Assembly (NCBI GenBank): GCA_038851755.1
Contig: JAWCKR010000006.1
Location: 11,350 to 75,349 of the forward strand
Length of the DNA: 64,000 bases
Reading direction: 5' to 3'
Source: Candidatus Hadarchaeales archaeon
GTDB taxonomy: Archaea > Hadarchaeota > Hadarchaeia > Hadarchaeales > WYZ-LMO6
Below, piece by piece: positions 8,463 through 17,761 of the stretch (within the stretch, counting starts at the first letter, position 1; every line of letters begins with the position of its first letter). Under the pieces are notes generated by a model. That model ran no database searches, was not told where the DNA came from, and worked only from the letters and a program-made list of their open reading frames with translations. Made by a program: the position numbers and the translations under genes.

Positions 8463-9713
8463 ATGAGGATCCTCTACTTCTCCTTCGAGTACCCCCCCTT
8501 CTTCGTGGGGGGGCTGGGCACTTACGCCTACGAGATGACCAAGCGCTTCGCCAGGAGGGGGCACAGCGTGACGGTCTTCGCCAAGAACCCTGGGAGCGTG
8601 CCCACTTCCGATCTGGAGGAAGGAGTGGAGGTCCACAGACCGATGACGGTCGATGCCACGGACCTCCTGCCCCTCATCGTCCCCGAGGACGTGAAGCACT
8701 GGCCACCCCCTGCCCAGCAGTACTTCGCCGATGCCTTCATCTACAATGTCCTCTCCTCCACCAAGGCCTGCAACCAGCTGGTGAAGGCTGACCAGAGGCA
8801 GTTCGACCTGATCGTGGCCCACGACTGGATTTCAGGGATAGCGGGGATCACCTGCAAGAAGGATTTGAAGAAGCCCTTCATCTTCCACCTGCACTCGGTG
8901 GAGGAGGGAAGGGTGGGTGATGGCTCCCCCACCGTCAAGAGCCTGGAGAGGCTGGCCGCCAGGACGGCCGAGGCGATCGTGACGGTGAGCTACAGCATGA
9001 GGGACCAGCTGATCTCGCTTGGGTATGAGGAGAGGAAGATCAGGGTGATCTACAACGGGGTGGATGAGAAGAAGTACGACCCCTCCACGGTGAGGGAGGA
9101 GGAGGTGCTCAAGCTGAGGGAGAGATTGGGGGTGGGCACCGATCCCATGATCCTCTTCGTGGGGAGGCTCTCCTGGGTGAAGGGGGCGGACACCCTGGTG
9201 AGGGCCATGCCCCTCATCCTGGCGGAGGTCCCCAACGCCAAGCTGGTCCTCCTAGGGAAGGGAGAGCAGGAGAAGATGCTCAGGGATTTGATCAGGCAGC
9301 TGGGGATAGAAAGGAGCGTGGTGACGGAGTTCCAGTACGTGAGCGAACAGGAGAGGATCCTGCACTACGCGGCGGCCGATGTGGCGGTTTTCCCCTCGAA
9401 GTACGAGCCCTTCGGGATCGTGGCCACGGAGGCCATGAGCATGGGGAAGCCTGTGGTGGTGGGGGCCAAGGGGGTCTCGGGCTTCAGGGAGCAGGTGATC
9501 CACCAGGGTCCCGAGAGGTGCGGGTCGCACGTGAACCCCGACGATCCCTACGACATCGCGAAGTTCGTGGTGGAGTTGCTCAAGGACGAGAAGCTCAGGA
9601 GGGAACTGGGGAAGAACGCCAGGAAGCGCGTGCTGGAGAAGTTCACCTTCGACCTAGCGGCGGACAACACCCTGAAGCTGTACGAGGCGGTCCTCCAGAA
9701 CCATCTCCACTGA
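8463..9713 (+). CDS. glycosyltransferase, glycogen-synthase-like (GT4/GT5)
   Basis: The N-terminus MRILYFSFEYPPFFVGGLG and the C-terminal E-x7-E region (FPSKYEPFGIVATEAM) are typical of retaining GT-B glycosyltransferases and archaeal GlgA. Confidence 0.7.
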   Translation: MRILYFSFEYPPFFVGGLGTYAYEMTKRFARRGHSVTVFAKNPGSVPTSDLEEGVEVHRPMTVDATDLLPLIVPEDVKHWPPPAQQYFADAFIYNVLSSTKACNQLVKADQRQFDLIVAHDWISGIAGITCKKDLKKPFIFHLHSVEEGRVGDGSPTVKSLERLAARTAEAIVTVSYSMRDQLISLGYEERKIRVIYNGVDEKKYDPSTVREEEVLKLRERLGVGTDPMILFVGRLSWVKGADTLVRAMPLILAEVPNAKLVLLGKGEQEKMLRDLIRQLGIERSVVTEFQYVSEQERILHYAAADVAVFPSKYEPFGIVATEAMSMGKPVVVGAKGVSGFREQVIHQGPERCGSHVNPDDPYDIAKFVVELLKDEKLRRELGKNARKRVLEKFTFDLAADNTLKLYEAVLQNHLH

Positions 9714-9752
9714 CCCGCACCTATTTTTGAGGGGTTTCCCAAGGGTGAGGAT

Positions 9753-10913
9753 ATGAGAATAGCGATGCTCGCTTGGGAGTCCCTGCACTCCATCTGGATA
9801 GGGGGGCTGGGGGTGGTGGTGAGCAAGCTCTCGGCGGAGCTCTGCAGGAGGGGGCACGAGGTGCACCTCTTCACCCGGTGGGTGGAGGGGCAGGAGGAGC
9901 ACGAGGTGCTGGACGGGGTCCACTACCACCGCTGCAAGTTCGACCCAGGTTTCGACCTCTTCTCCCTCACCCGGAACATGTCCCACGCCATGGTGGCCTC
10001 CATGAAGTGGGTGGAGGGGAGGGAGGGGAGGTTCGATCTGGTGCACGGTCACGACTGGCACGTGGTGGAGGCCCTCCATCTCCTCAGGCAGGAGGGCAGG
10101 CGCCTGGTTTTCACCTACCACTCCACCGAGTACGGCAGGAACGGGAACAGGTTCGGTGACTGGTGGGAGTTCAGGGAGATCTCGGGGAAGGAATGGTATG
10201 GGGGTTACCTGGCGGACATGGTGACCACGGTCTCGAACCACATGAAGAAGGAGGTATGCTGGCTCTACCGCCTCCCAGAGGAGAAGGTGGAAGTGGTCCC
10301 CAACGCCGTGGACGTTGAGGAGTTCAGGGTGGAGGTGGATCCCGAAAGGGTGAGGAGGGAGTACGGCCTTTCCCAGGGCCCCCTGGTGCTCTTCCCCGGC
10401 CGCCTGGAGTACCAGAAGGGCCCCGACCTCCTGGTGGAGGCCATCCCCAGGGTGCTGGAGAAGAGGGGGGAGGCGAGGTTCGTGTTCACGGGTGCGGGAA
10501 GCATGAGGGAGGGACTGGAGCGGAGGGTGAGGGAGCTGGGGGTAGGGCACGCCGTGAGGTTCGCAGGTTTCTTGCCCCTGCGGAAGTACATCGAGCTCCT
10601 GAACGCCTGCGACCTGGTGTGCATCCCCAGCCGGAACGAGCCCTTCGGCATCGTCCTCCTGGAGGCCTGGGCGGCGGGGAAGCCCGTGGTGGCGACGGGG
10701 GTTGGGGGGCTCAACGAGAACATGGAGAACCTCGTGGAGGGGGTGAAGGTCCAGACCCAGCCTGAGTCGATAGCCTGGGGTATCAGCTACCTGCTGGACT
10801 CCCCCTCGGAAAGGGAGAGAATGGTGAAGAACGCGCGGGAGAAGGTGAAGGGCTTCAACTGGGGGAGGTCCGCGGACAAGCTCCTGGACGTGTACCAGAG
10901 GATGCTCGACTGA
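9753..10913 (+). CDS. glycosyltransferase, glycogen-synthase-like (GT4/GT5) paralog
   Basis: It contains MRIAMLAWESLHSIWIGGLG and IPSRNEPFGIVLLEAWAAGKPVV. It lies in tandem with the preceding GT gene. Confidence 0.7.
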   Translation: MRIAMLAWESLHSIWIGGLGVVVSKLSAELCRRGHEVHLFTRWVEGQEEHEVLDGVHYHRCKFDPGFDLFSLTRNMSHAMVASMKWVEGREGRFDLVHGHDWHVVEALHLLRQEGRRLVFTYHSTEYGRNGNRFGDWWEFREISGKEWYGGYLADMVTTVSNHMKKEVCWLYRLPEEKVEVVPNAVDVEEFRVEVDPERVRREYGLSQGPLVLFPGRLEYQKGPDLLVEAIPRVLEKRGEARFVFTGAGSMREGLERRVRELGVGHAVRFAGFLPLRKYIELLNACDLVCIPSRNEPFGIVLLEAWAAGKPVVATGVGGLNENMENLVEGVKVQTQPESIAWGISYLLDSPSERERMVKNAREKVKGFNWGRSADKLLDVYQRMLD

Positions 10914-10916
10914 GCC

Positions 10917-11564
10917 CTAGAAGAAGTACCCCTTCACGAACTCGAAGTTCCTCCTTATCCTTTCCTCCCCCTTCAGGACGCCGCCGTGGCCTGGGAGGAG
11001 GTACTGGAGGTCGAGGTTGGAGACCCTCTCCAGGGAAGCCGCCAGCTCCTCCGAGCTCCCTCCCGGGAAGTCCGTTCTCCCCACCCCTCCCTCGAACACC
11101 AGATCCCCGCAGAGGAGGAGCCTCAGTTCCCGGTGGTAAAGGCTCACGCTCCCCGGAGAGTGACCGGGCGTGTGCAGAACCAGCAGTTCCGTCTCCCCCT
11201 CACCCACCCTCTCCCCCAGGTAGGCGTCCACCCCGAACTTCTGCACCTCCATCCCGAAGTACCTCCCGAATTCCAGGCTGAACCTGAGGTGGTCCTCCTC
11301 TTCCCGGTGGATCATGATCCTGGCGCCCGAGAGTTCCTGGAAGGATCGGTTGGCACCGCAGTGGTCGGGGTGGCTGTGGGTGTTGACTATTATCTCTATC
11401 CCCTCAGGGTCCAGGCCGTCCTCCCTCATCTCCCTCAGGCGCTTCTGCAGATACCGGGGGTTCCCCGGGTCCACCAGGATGGTGGGATCCCCCTCCACCA
11501 CGTACACGTTGCAGTCCCCCAGGCCCCTTTCGGGATACCAGTAGACGTTCCTGACCAGCCTCAC
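10917..11564 (-). CDS. metallo-beta-lactamase-fold hydrolase
   Basis: It has the HSHPDHCG (HxHxDH) motif and downstream His/Asp ligands. Confidence 0.7.
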   Translation of the reverse strand: MRLVRNVYWYPERGLGDCNVYVVEGDPTILVDPGNPRYLQKRLREMREDGLDPEGIEIIVNTHSHPDHCGANRSFQELSGARIMIHREEEDHLRFSLEFGRYFGMEVQKFGVDAYLGERVGEGETELLVLHTPGHSPGSVSLYHRELRLLLCGDLVFEGGVGRTDFPGGSSEELAASLERVSNLDLQYLLPGHGGVLKGEERIRRNFEFVKGYFF

Positions 11565-11568
11565 TCTC

Positions 11569-11985
11569 TCACCCCAGCAGACCTTCTCCCCTCAGGACCC
11601 TGGCGGTGGTCCTGGTGAGCTCACTCCTCTCCAGCTCTTCCCTCCCGAACCACCTGACGTCCAGCACCTCCCCCCCTCTTCTCACCCTCGTGGAAAGGGG
11701 CTCACCCCTGAAGCACACGGTCACGTAGTGATACCTGAGGCGTCCTCTCCCATCCCTCTCCAGGATGTCGTACACGCCCACAAGCCCCTTGAGCCTCACC
11801 TTCACACCCGTTTCCTCCTCCACCTCCCTAACCGCCGCCTTCCCCACCTCCTCCCCAGGCTCCACCAGGCCACCTGGCAAGGCCCACCTCCCCTTTCCCG
11901 GCTCTGAGCCCCTCCTCACCAGCAGCACCTTCCCTCCCTTCTCCACCAGCACGGAGGCCCCCACCCTGGGAAGGGTCTTTCTCAT
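11569..11985 (-). CDS. NUDIX hydrolase
   Basis: It has the Nudix box GGLVEPGEEVGKAAVREVEEETGV. Confidence 0.75.
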   Translation of the reverse strand: MRKTLPRVGASVLVEKGGKVLLVRRGSEPGKGRWALPGGLVEPGEEVGKAAVREVEEETGVKVRLKGLVGVYDILERDGRGRLRYHYVTVCFRGEPLSTRVRRGGEVLDVRWFGREELERSELTRTTARVLRGEGLLG

Positions 11986-12767
11986 GCGGCCTTCTCCTCC
12001 AGCACCTTGCTGAGTTCCACCATTCTGGAGAAGAACCCCTTCCCCTCTTCCAGGTCGAAGACGGACTTCCCCAGCAGCTCTGCCCTCAGCACGGCCTCCT
12101 CGTGGGGAAGGACGGCCAGCACGGGCATGCCTTCCTCCTCCAGTCTCCTCACCACCCCCTCACCCCCCTCCCTGAACTTGTTGACCACCGAGAAGATCCT
12201 GCCTATCCCCAGGTCCCCACCCAGCTTCTTGATCTGCTTTGCCGTCTCCAGGGACTTAAGGCTTGGCTCCACCACCACGAGCATCACCTCGGTGGTCCTG
12301 GTGGTCCCCCTCCCCAGGTGCTCGACCCCGGCCTCCATGTCCAGGATGAGGACCTCTGCTGCCCCGGAGAGGTGGTCAACCAGCCTCCTGGCCAGAGCGT
12401 TGGCGGGACAGAAGCACCCCTGCCCTCCCCTCCTGATCTTCCCCACCACCAGGAGCCTCACCCCGTCCCTGCACCGGATACCGAAGCGCTCCACCAGGTC
12501 GTCCACCTTCGGGTTGAGCTTGAAGACCAGTCCGTATCCCTCCGGGGGGGCCCCCGTTCTTTCCTGGATGAGGGAGGACCTTTCCATCAGGGGGACCAGC
12601 TTCTCTTCCGGCACTTCACCTTCCGCCCCCAGCGTGAGGAGGAGGTTGGGGGAGGGGTCCACATCCAGGGCCACCACTTTCTTCCCCCTCCTCCCGAAGG
12701 CCCTGGCCAGCCCCGCCGCCAGGGTGGTCTTTCCCACCCCGCCTTTGCCCGTCACCGCTATCTTCAA
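11982..12767 (-). CDS. CooC/AcsF-family MinD-type ATPase (Ni-insertion accessory protein-like); probable TTG start
   Basis: It has the Walker A motif KIAVTGKGGVGKTT and the CooC-type GCFCPANA motif. The ORF-track N-terminal 114 aa are an artefact; a TTG at 12765-12767 gives MKIAVTG. Confidence 0.65.
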   Translation of the reverse strand: MKIAVTGKGGVGKTTLAAGLARAFGRRGKKVVALDVDPSPNLLLTLGAEGEVPEEKLVPLMERSSLIQERTGAPPEGYGLVFKLNPKVDDLVERFGIRCRDGVRLLVVGKIRRGGQGCFCPANALARRLVDHLSGAAEVLILDMEAGVEHLGRGTTRTTEVMLVVVEPSLKSLETAKQIKKLGGDLGIGRIFSVVNKFREGGEGVVRRLEEEGMPVLAVLPHEEAVLRAELLGKSVFDLEEGKGFFSRMVELSKVLEEKAA

Positions 12768-12821
12768 GTCCCCGCCCCTGCTGAAAGGCTCGATAAGATT
12801 AAAGTCCTCTCGGTTTAAGGG

Positions 12822-13238
12822 TTGGGGATGGGGGAAAAGATTACCAGGATAAGCATCACCCTTCCCGAGGATCTCCTGCGCGAGCTCGACCGCTCCCTCA
12901 AGTCTCAGGACTACGCCAGCCGCTCCGAGGCCATCAGGGACGCCGTCAGGGACTTCCTTACCAACTACAAGTGGCGCAGCGAGCTGGAGGGGGAGCTCCT
13001 GGGGGTGGTGGTGATGGTCTACGACCACGAGGTGAGGGGCCTGACGGAGGAGATCGTGGAGATACAGCACAGGAGCGAGGGGATCATCCGCTCTTCCCAG
13101 CACCTGCACCTCGACGAGAGGAACTGTATGGAGACCCTGCTGGTCAAGGGCACGGCCGGGGAGATCAGGAAGCTGGTCGACAGGCTAGGGGCACTGCGCG
13201 GGGTCAAACAGGTGAAGCTCGTGGTGGCAGGTGCTTGA
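12822..13238 (+). CDS. nikR: nickel-responsive regulator NikR
   Basis: It has an N-terminal ribbon-helix-helix (ISITLPEDLLRELD) and a C-terminal ACT-like Ni-binding domain with HxxxxH...C residues. It is divergent from the cooC-like gene. Confidence 0.8.
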   Translation: MGMGEKITRISITLPEDLLRELDRSLKSQDYASRSEAIRDAVRDFLTNYKWRSELEGELLGVVVMVYDHEVRGLTEEIVEIQHRSEGIIRSSQHLHLDERNCMETLLVKGTAGEIRKLVDRLGALRGVKQVKLVVAGA

Positions 13239-13239
13239 G

Positions 13240-13362
13240 CTTCACTTGGGCCGCTTCTTGGCCACCTTCTTGAATTCCTCCCACTCCTTCAGGCTCTCGG
13301 ACTTCTTCTTGGAGATCTTTTCCTCCTCGATCGTGGCGCTTACTTCAGCTCCTCCGCAGGCC
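13240..13362 (-). CDS. small Lys/Glu-rich protein (40 aa; not in the ORF track)
   Basis: Manual translation gives MACGGAEVSATIEEEKISKKKSESLKEWEEFKKVAKKRPK. On the reverse strand a TTTTTATA box lies about 30 nt upstream of the ATG. Confidence 0.35.
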
Positions 13363-13407
13363 ATGGAATCACCCTCCCGCTTTCCCCTCCCGCTATAAAA
13401 AGGTGGG

Positions 13408-13941
13408 TCAGGGCTGTGGCCTGTCGAAGAAGGGACTTTTGCCCGAGGCGGAGAGGGGCAGGGCGATTACCACGTCCGCCTGCATGAGGCCAGCCTTCCT
13501 GGCCGCCACTCCCGCCGAGAACATCATCCTGTTGTCCACGTTCAGCAGGGAAGCGGTCTTGGCGGCAGAGCCCAGGGCTATACCCAGGTTGAGGGCGTCC
13601 ACCACGCAGGTGGGCCCGGCGCATCCCCTCCCCTCTTTTTTCCCCTCCCTCCTCATCTCCTCGCAGTTCCTGCCGCAGGCCCCGCAGTTCAGGTCAAGGG
13701 GTTCACCCGCCAGCCCCACCAGCAGGACGGCCCCGGCTTCCCTCACGTTCCTGGCGTCCCTGCGGAAGAACTCGTACTGTCCGGCCATCTCCTCCATCTT
13801 CACCGCCAGCCTCTCCTTCTCCTCCCCCTCCAGCAACCTTATCCTGAGGTGGTCCCTTCCCCTGGCCTTTGGCGCGGTCCTGGCGGAGAGGGCCATGAGC
13901 CTGGCCGCCTCCAGCAGGCCCTCCTTCTCCAGTCCCTCCAT
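13408..13941 (-). CDS. DUF2148-type ferredoxin-domain protein
   Basis: Internal start MEGLEKEG. It has Cys clusters NCGACGRNC and GCAGPTC. The upstream 188 aa in the ORF track are a high-GC extension. Confidence 0.55.
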   Translation of the reverse strand: MEGLEKEGLLEAARLMALSARTAPKARGRDHLRIRLLEGEEKERLAVKMEEMAGQYEFFRRDARNVREAGAVLLVGLAGEPLDLNCGACGRNCEEMRREGKKEGRGCAGPTCVVDALNLGIALGSAAKTASLLNVDNRMMFSAGVAARKAGLMQADVVIALPLSASGKSPFFDRPQP

Positions 13942-14007
13942 CCTTTCTTGTTTGGGGGTAAGGACTAAAAACGGTGCCTTTTTTTCTCCCGAGCTGGAGG
14001 GGAGAGG

Positions 14008-14847
14008 ATGAGGGCGGCGGCAGTGCTCCTGCTCCTCTTCCTGAGCGTGCAGCTCCTGGGCCTGGTGGCTGGAGACAGGTACCTCGACCTGATGGAGGAG
14101 GGAGAAACGGAGCCCCTCTTCTCCAACCCCCAGAGCCCCTGGAACTCCCTCTACCTCTTCGCCGCCCTCCTCCCCCTCACCCTCTTCGTGATCCTCCTGC
14201 TGAAGTTCAGGAGGAGGTGGTTCAGGGTGTTTGAGCTGATGGTGGTTTTCCTCTGTTGCTGGCTCACGCTGGACCTCCTGGTAGGGATACAGCTGGGCTG
14301 GGTCTCCTCCGGGTTGCTGCTCTCCCTCCTGCTGGTGGGGTGGAGGGTGCTTAAGCCCACCCACCTGAACAGGGACCTCGTCCTGGTGCTCTCCGCCGTG
14401 GGGGTGGGGGCGGTGCTGGGGGTCTCCCTGGGCCTGGCCCCGAGCCTGCTCCTCCTGGCCCTCTTCTCCGCCTACGACTACTTCTCCGTCTTCATCAGCA
14501 GGCACATGGTCTTCATGGCTAAGAGGCTGGTCCCTTCCTCCAGCTCCCTTCTCCTCTCCGTTCCCAAGGACCTCCGCGAGTTCGTGAAGGAGGGGAAGCC
14601 GGAGAGGGTGGGTAAGGGGAGGGTCCTCTACCTGGGGGGTGGGGACCTCATCCTACCCCTGGTCTTCTCCACTTCCGTGCTTTCGGCCGAGGGGGTCCCC
14701 AGTTCCTTCCTCGTTTCCCTCTTCTCCTCCCTCTTCCTTCTCTTTCTCCTGCTCCTCCTCTCCCGCAGGCCGGGAATGGTCCTCCCCGGTCTTCCCTTCC
14801 TCTCCACGGGGTGCCTGCTCGGCTTCCTGCTTTCCAGGATGCTGTAG
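14008..14847 (+). CDS. presenilin/signal-peptide-peptidase homolog (A22 intramembrane aspartyl protease, PSH-like)
   Basis: It is a polytopic membrane protein with a YD motif (SAYDYFSVF) and a GxGD motif (LYLGGGDLILPLVF) in consecutive TM helices, plus a PGL/PAL-like motif. Confidence 0.55.
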   Translation: MRAAAVLLLLFLSVQLLGLVAGDRYLDLMEEGETEPLFSNPQSPWNSLYLFAALLPLTLFVILLLKFRRRWFRVFELMVVFLCCWLTLDLLVGIQLGWVSSGLLLSLLLVGWRVLKPTHLNRDLVLVLSAVGVGAVLGVSLGLAPSLLLLALFSAYDYFSVFISRHMVFMAKRLVPSSSSLLLSVPKDLREFVKEGKPERVGKGRVLYLGGGDLILPLVFSTSVLSAEGVPSSFLVSLFSSLFLLFLLLLLSRRPGMVLPGLPFLSTGCLLGFLLSRML

Positions 14848-14928
14848 GTCGCACCGAAACGGATAAGGACGGCCTTCACTTATTTCTCCGGTATGAGGCC
14901 CATCTACGAGCCCGGGGAGGGGAGGAAA

Positions 14929-15615
14929 ATGAAGGTCTTGGTCCTTTTCTCGGGAGGGGCCAGCGCCCTGCCTTTCATGGTGGGCGGAAAGGAGTACGAG
15001 GTGATAGGAGGAATTTCTTCGAGCAAGAGCGCTTCCGGCATCTCCAGGTTCCAGTCCCTAGGGATACCGGTGGAGGTGGTGGACATCAAGGACTTCTATG
15101 CGGGCAGACCCATCAAGGACATGCAGGTAAGGGGTGAGTACGAGAGGAGGCTCCTTTCGGTGATGGAGGAGAAGGGGTGGGAGCCCGATGTGGTGGCCTG
15201 CTCGGGTTACATGTACGTCCTCACTCCCGTCTTCCTGAAGAGGTTCCCCAACCGCGTTTTGAACGTTCATCCCGCCGACCTCTCCATAGAGGAGGGTGGG
15301 AGGAGGAAGTACACGGGTCTGCACGCCGTGAGGGATCAGCTGGAGGCTGGAGAGAAGGTGACGAGGTCCACCGTGCACGTGATGATCGAGGAGGCTGACC
15401 AGGGCCCCATCCTGGTGATCTCTCCACCCCTGCCAGTGGAGGGCAGGAGTCCGGAGGAGCAGCAAGAGCTAATGAAGGTGAAGTGCGACGGTCCCGCCTA
15501 CAGGGAGGCCCTCCGCCTCCTCTCGGAGGGCAGGTTTGCCTTGGACGAGAGGGGAAGGACTTATGTGAGGACGGACGGAGGGTGGAAGGAGGGTTACGTG
15601 AGGATGGAGGGATGA
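14929..15615 (+). CDS. formyltransferase, PurN-like (phosphoribosylglycinamide formyltransferase family)
   Basis: ATG at 14929 is preceded by a G-rich RBS. It has the formyltransferase core VLNVHPADL...STVHVMIEEADQGPIL. Confidence 0.5.
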   Translation: MKVLVLFSGGASALPFMVGGKEYEVIGGISSSKSASGISRFQSLGIPVEVVDIKDFYAGRPIKDMQVRGEYERRLLSVMEEKGWEPDVVACSGYMYVLTPVFLKRFPNRVLNVHPADLSIEEGGRRKYTGLHAVRDQLEAGEKVTRSTVHVMIEEADQGPILVISPPLPVEGRSPEEQQELMKVKCDGPAYREALRLLSEGRFALDERGRTYVRTDGGWKEGYVRMEG

Positions 15616-15616
15616 G

Positions 15617-17011
15617 ATGGCAGTGGGCGTGCTGGGGGTGAGCTACGGCAGCAGGTTCGCCTGCTTGGCCGATACCCTCTGCCGGAGCTGGCATATGGTG
15701 AGGCTCTTCATAGCGGACAGGCAGAGGAACCCCTTCAACCTGAGGAAGGCCCAGGAGACGGGAGGAGAGCATGTGGTCATCCCCGATTTGAACGTGCAGG
15801 AAATCGTGAGGTTCGCGAAAAGGCACGCGAGGGAGATCGCATTCGGGGTGCTGGGTCCGGAGGGCCCTGGCATGCAGGGGATAAGGGACGTGCTGGAGAG
15901 GGAGACCGGGATAAGGATGATCTGTCCCAGGCTGGAGTACTTCTTGGAGAAGAGCAAGGTGAGGCAGCGGAGACTCCTGCAGGAGGTGGCCCCGGAGGCC
16001 AACCCCAGGTTCAGGGTCTTCGATCCAGCCGAGATCCCGAGGGAAAGAGTGAAGGAGGAGGTCTATCGCTGGCTGGACGAGGTGGGGGAGAGGGTGGCCG
16101 TGAAGCCCGATGCCCCCGCCACCGGGAAGGGGGTGGGGGTGTGGGGGGACCACTTCAGGACCAGGGAGGAGATGTTTCAGGAGTACTTCCTTCCCTCCTT
16201 CTCGAAGGGCCCCGTGATCGTGGAGGAGAAGCTGGAGGGGGAGGAGTTCTCCCTCCAGTTCCTCTCCGATGGGGAGCACCTTGTGCCCACCCCCTGCGTG
16301 AGGGACTACAAGAGGGCCTTCGACTGGGACAAGGGGCCCAACACGGGCGGCATGGGCTCCTACAAGGACAGGGAGGAGCTCCTCCCCTTCATGGAGACGA
16401 GGGACTGGGAGAAGGCCGTGGAGGTGGCGGAGCGCCTTCACCGGAAGCTGAAAGGGGAGGGGAGGAACCCCGGCCTGATGGGGGTGATGTACATGGGCTA
16501 CATCCTCACCCGGGAAGGGGTGAAGGTCCTGGAGGTGAACAGCAGGTGGGGGGACCCCGAGGTGATGAACCTGATGCCCCTGCTGGAGGATGACTTCGTG
16601 GAGGTCTGCTTCCGTTGCCTGGATGGGGATTTGAGGGCGATGAGGTTCAGGAAGAAGGCCAGCGTGGTGGTCTATGCGGTCCCCCTCGAGTACGGGGGGT
16701 ACGGGAGGTACTCTGGGCCCAGGAGGGTGAGGATGGAGGAGGCGGAGGCCTTGAAGAAGAAGTACGGGGAGGACCTCAGGCTCTACCCCGGGTCCATGGA
16801 GGTGAGGGAGAACGGTGAGCTCTGGGCCCTGGGTTCCAGGACGGTGGCGGCGGTGGGGATAGGGGAGGACCTGGAGAAGGCCAGGGAGATAGCGCTCGAG
16901 GCCGTGAGGAAGGTGGATGGCCCCCTCAGGCACAGGGAGGATGTGGCTCTGAGGGAGCACGTGGAGAGGAGCATCCTGCACATGAGGACCCTCAGGTCCT
17001 CAGCTCCCTGA
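15617..17011 (+). CDS. purD: phosphoribosylamine-glycine ligase (PurD family, ATP-grasp) with an atypical N-terminus
   Basis: It has the PurD signature GPNTGGMGSY and an ATP-grasp core. The N-domain aligns to PurD but lacks the GGREHA motif (YGSRFA instead). Confidence 0.6.
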   Translation: MAVGVLGVSYGSRFACLADTLCRSWHMVRLFIADRQRNPFNLRKAQETGGEHVVIPDLNVQEIVRFAKRHAREIAFGVLGPEGPGMQGIRDVLERETGIRMICPRLEYFLEKSKVRQRRLLQEVAPEANPRFRVFDPAEIPRERVKEEVYRWLDEVGERVAVKPDAPATGKGVGVWGDHFRTREEMFQEYFLPSFSKGPVIVEEKLEGEEFSLQFLSDGEHLVPTPCVRDYKRAFDWDKGPNTGGMGSYKDREELLPFMETRDWEKAVEVAERLHRKLKGEGRNPGLMGVMYMGYILTREGVKVLEVNSRWGDPEVMNLMPLLEDDFVEVCFRCLDGDLRAMRFRKKASVVVYAVPLEYGGYGRYSGPRRVRMEEAEALKKKYGEDLRLYPGSMEVRENGELWALGSRTVAAVGIGEDLEKAREIALEAVRKVDGPLRHREDVALREHVERSILHMRTLRSSAP

Positions 17012-17711
17012 GGCACCTGAGCTGGGCTTCCTTGGCTTTCCTCATGCTCGAATCCAGGTCCTCACCCCAGCTGCTCTCCAGGAGTGCCTTGGACTCACGC
17101 AGGGGGAGGGGCTGCAGGGAGAGGATCCTCTCCACGTAGAGCCTGACACCCTCCTCCAGGGAGGGGAAGATCCCGTTCACCAGACCCACCCTTTCTCCCT
17201 CCTCCGCCGTCATCCTCCTCCCCGCCAGGATGAACTCTCTGGCCACCCCGTCCCCCACTATCCTGGGCAGGAGGTGGAGGGCCCCCATGTCGGGGAGGAT
17301 GCCGAACTCCGGCTCCCTGAGGAAGAAGACGGTCCCGGGGGTGGCGAGCCTCAGGTCGGCGGCCAGGGCCAGCTGCATCCCTCCGCCTATGGCGTACCTC
17401 TGGCAGGCGGCCACCACCGGGCATTCCATCCTCCTGATCTTCACTATCACCCGCTGGGCCAGGTCTATCACGGGGAGGAGCTTCTCCTCCTCCCACCTCG
17501 CCAGCTCGGCCAGCACGGAGGTGTCCAGGCCCGAGCAGAAGGTATCACCCTTTCCTCCCAGCACGACCACCCTGGGTCTCTCCCTCCTCACCTCCTCCAG
17601 GACCGCATCCAGCTCCTCCAGCAGCCTCAGGTCTATGGCGTTCTTCCTCTCGGGTCGGTTCAGCCTTATCCTGGAAACCTCCCCCAGCTCCACCTCCACC
17701 CTTTCCGGCAT
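16992..17711 (-). CDS. enoyl-CoA hydratase/isomerase (crotonase) family protein
   Basis: It has the crotonase-fold oxyanion-hole segments DTFCSGLD and AIGGG. Confidence 0.7.
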   Translation of the reverse strand: MPERVEVELGEVSRIRLNRPERKNAIDLRLLEELDAVLEEVRRERPRVVVLGGKGDTFCSGLDTSVLAELARWEEEKLLPVIDLAQRVIVKIRRMECPVVAACQRYAIGGGMQLALAADLRLATPGTVFFLREPEFGILPDMGALHLLPRIVGDGVAREFILAGRRMTAEEGERVGLVNGIFPSLEEGVRLYVERILSLQPLPLRESKALLESSWGEDLDSSMRKAKEAQLRCLRELRT

Positions 17712-17761
17712 CCCTCCCCCTTCTCCTCAGGGATAAAAAGCTTCGAGGGGAAAGTGGAGAG

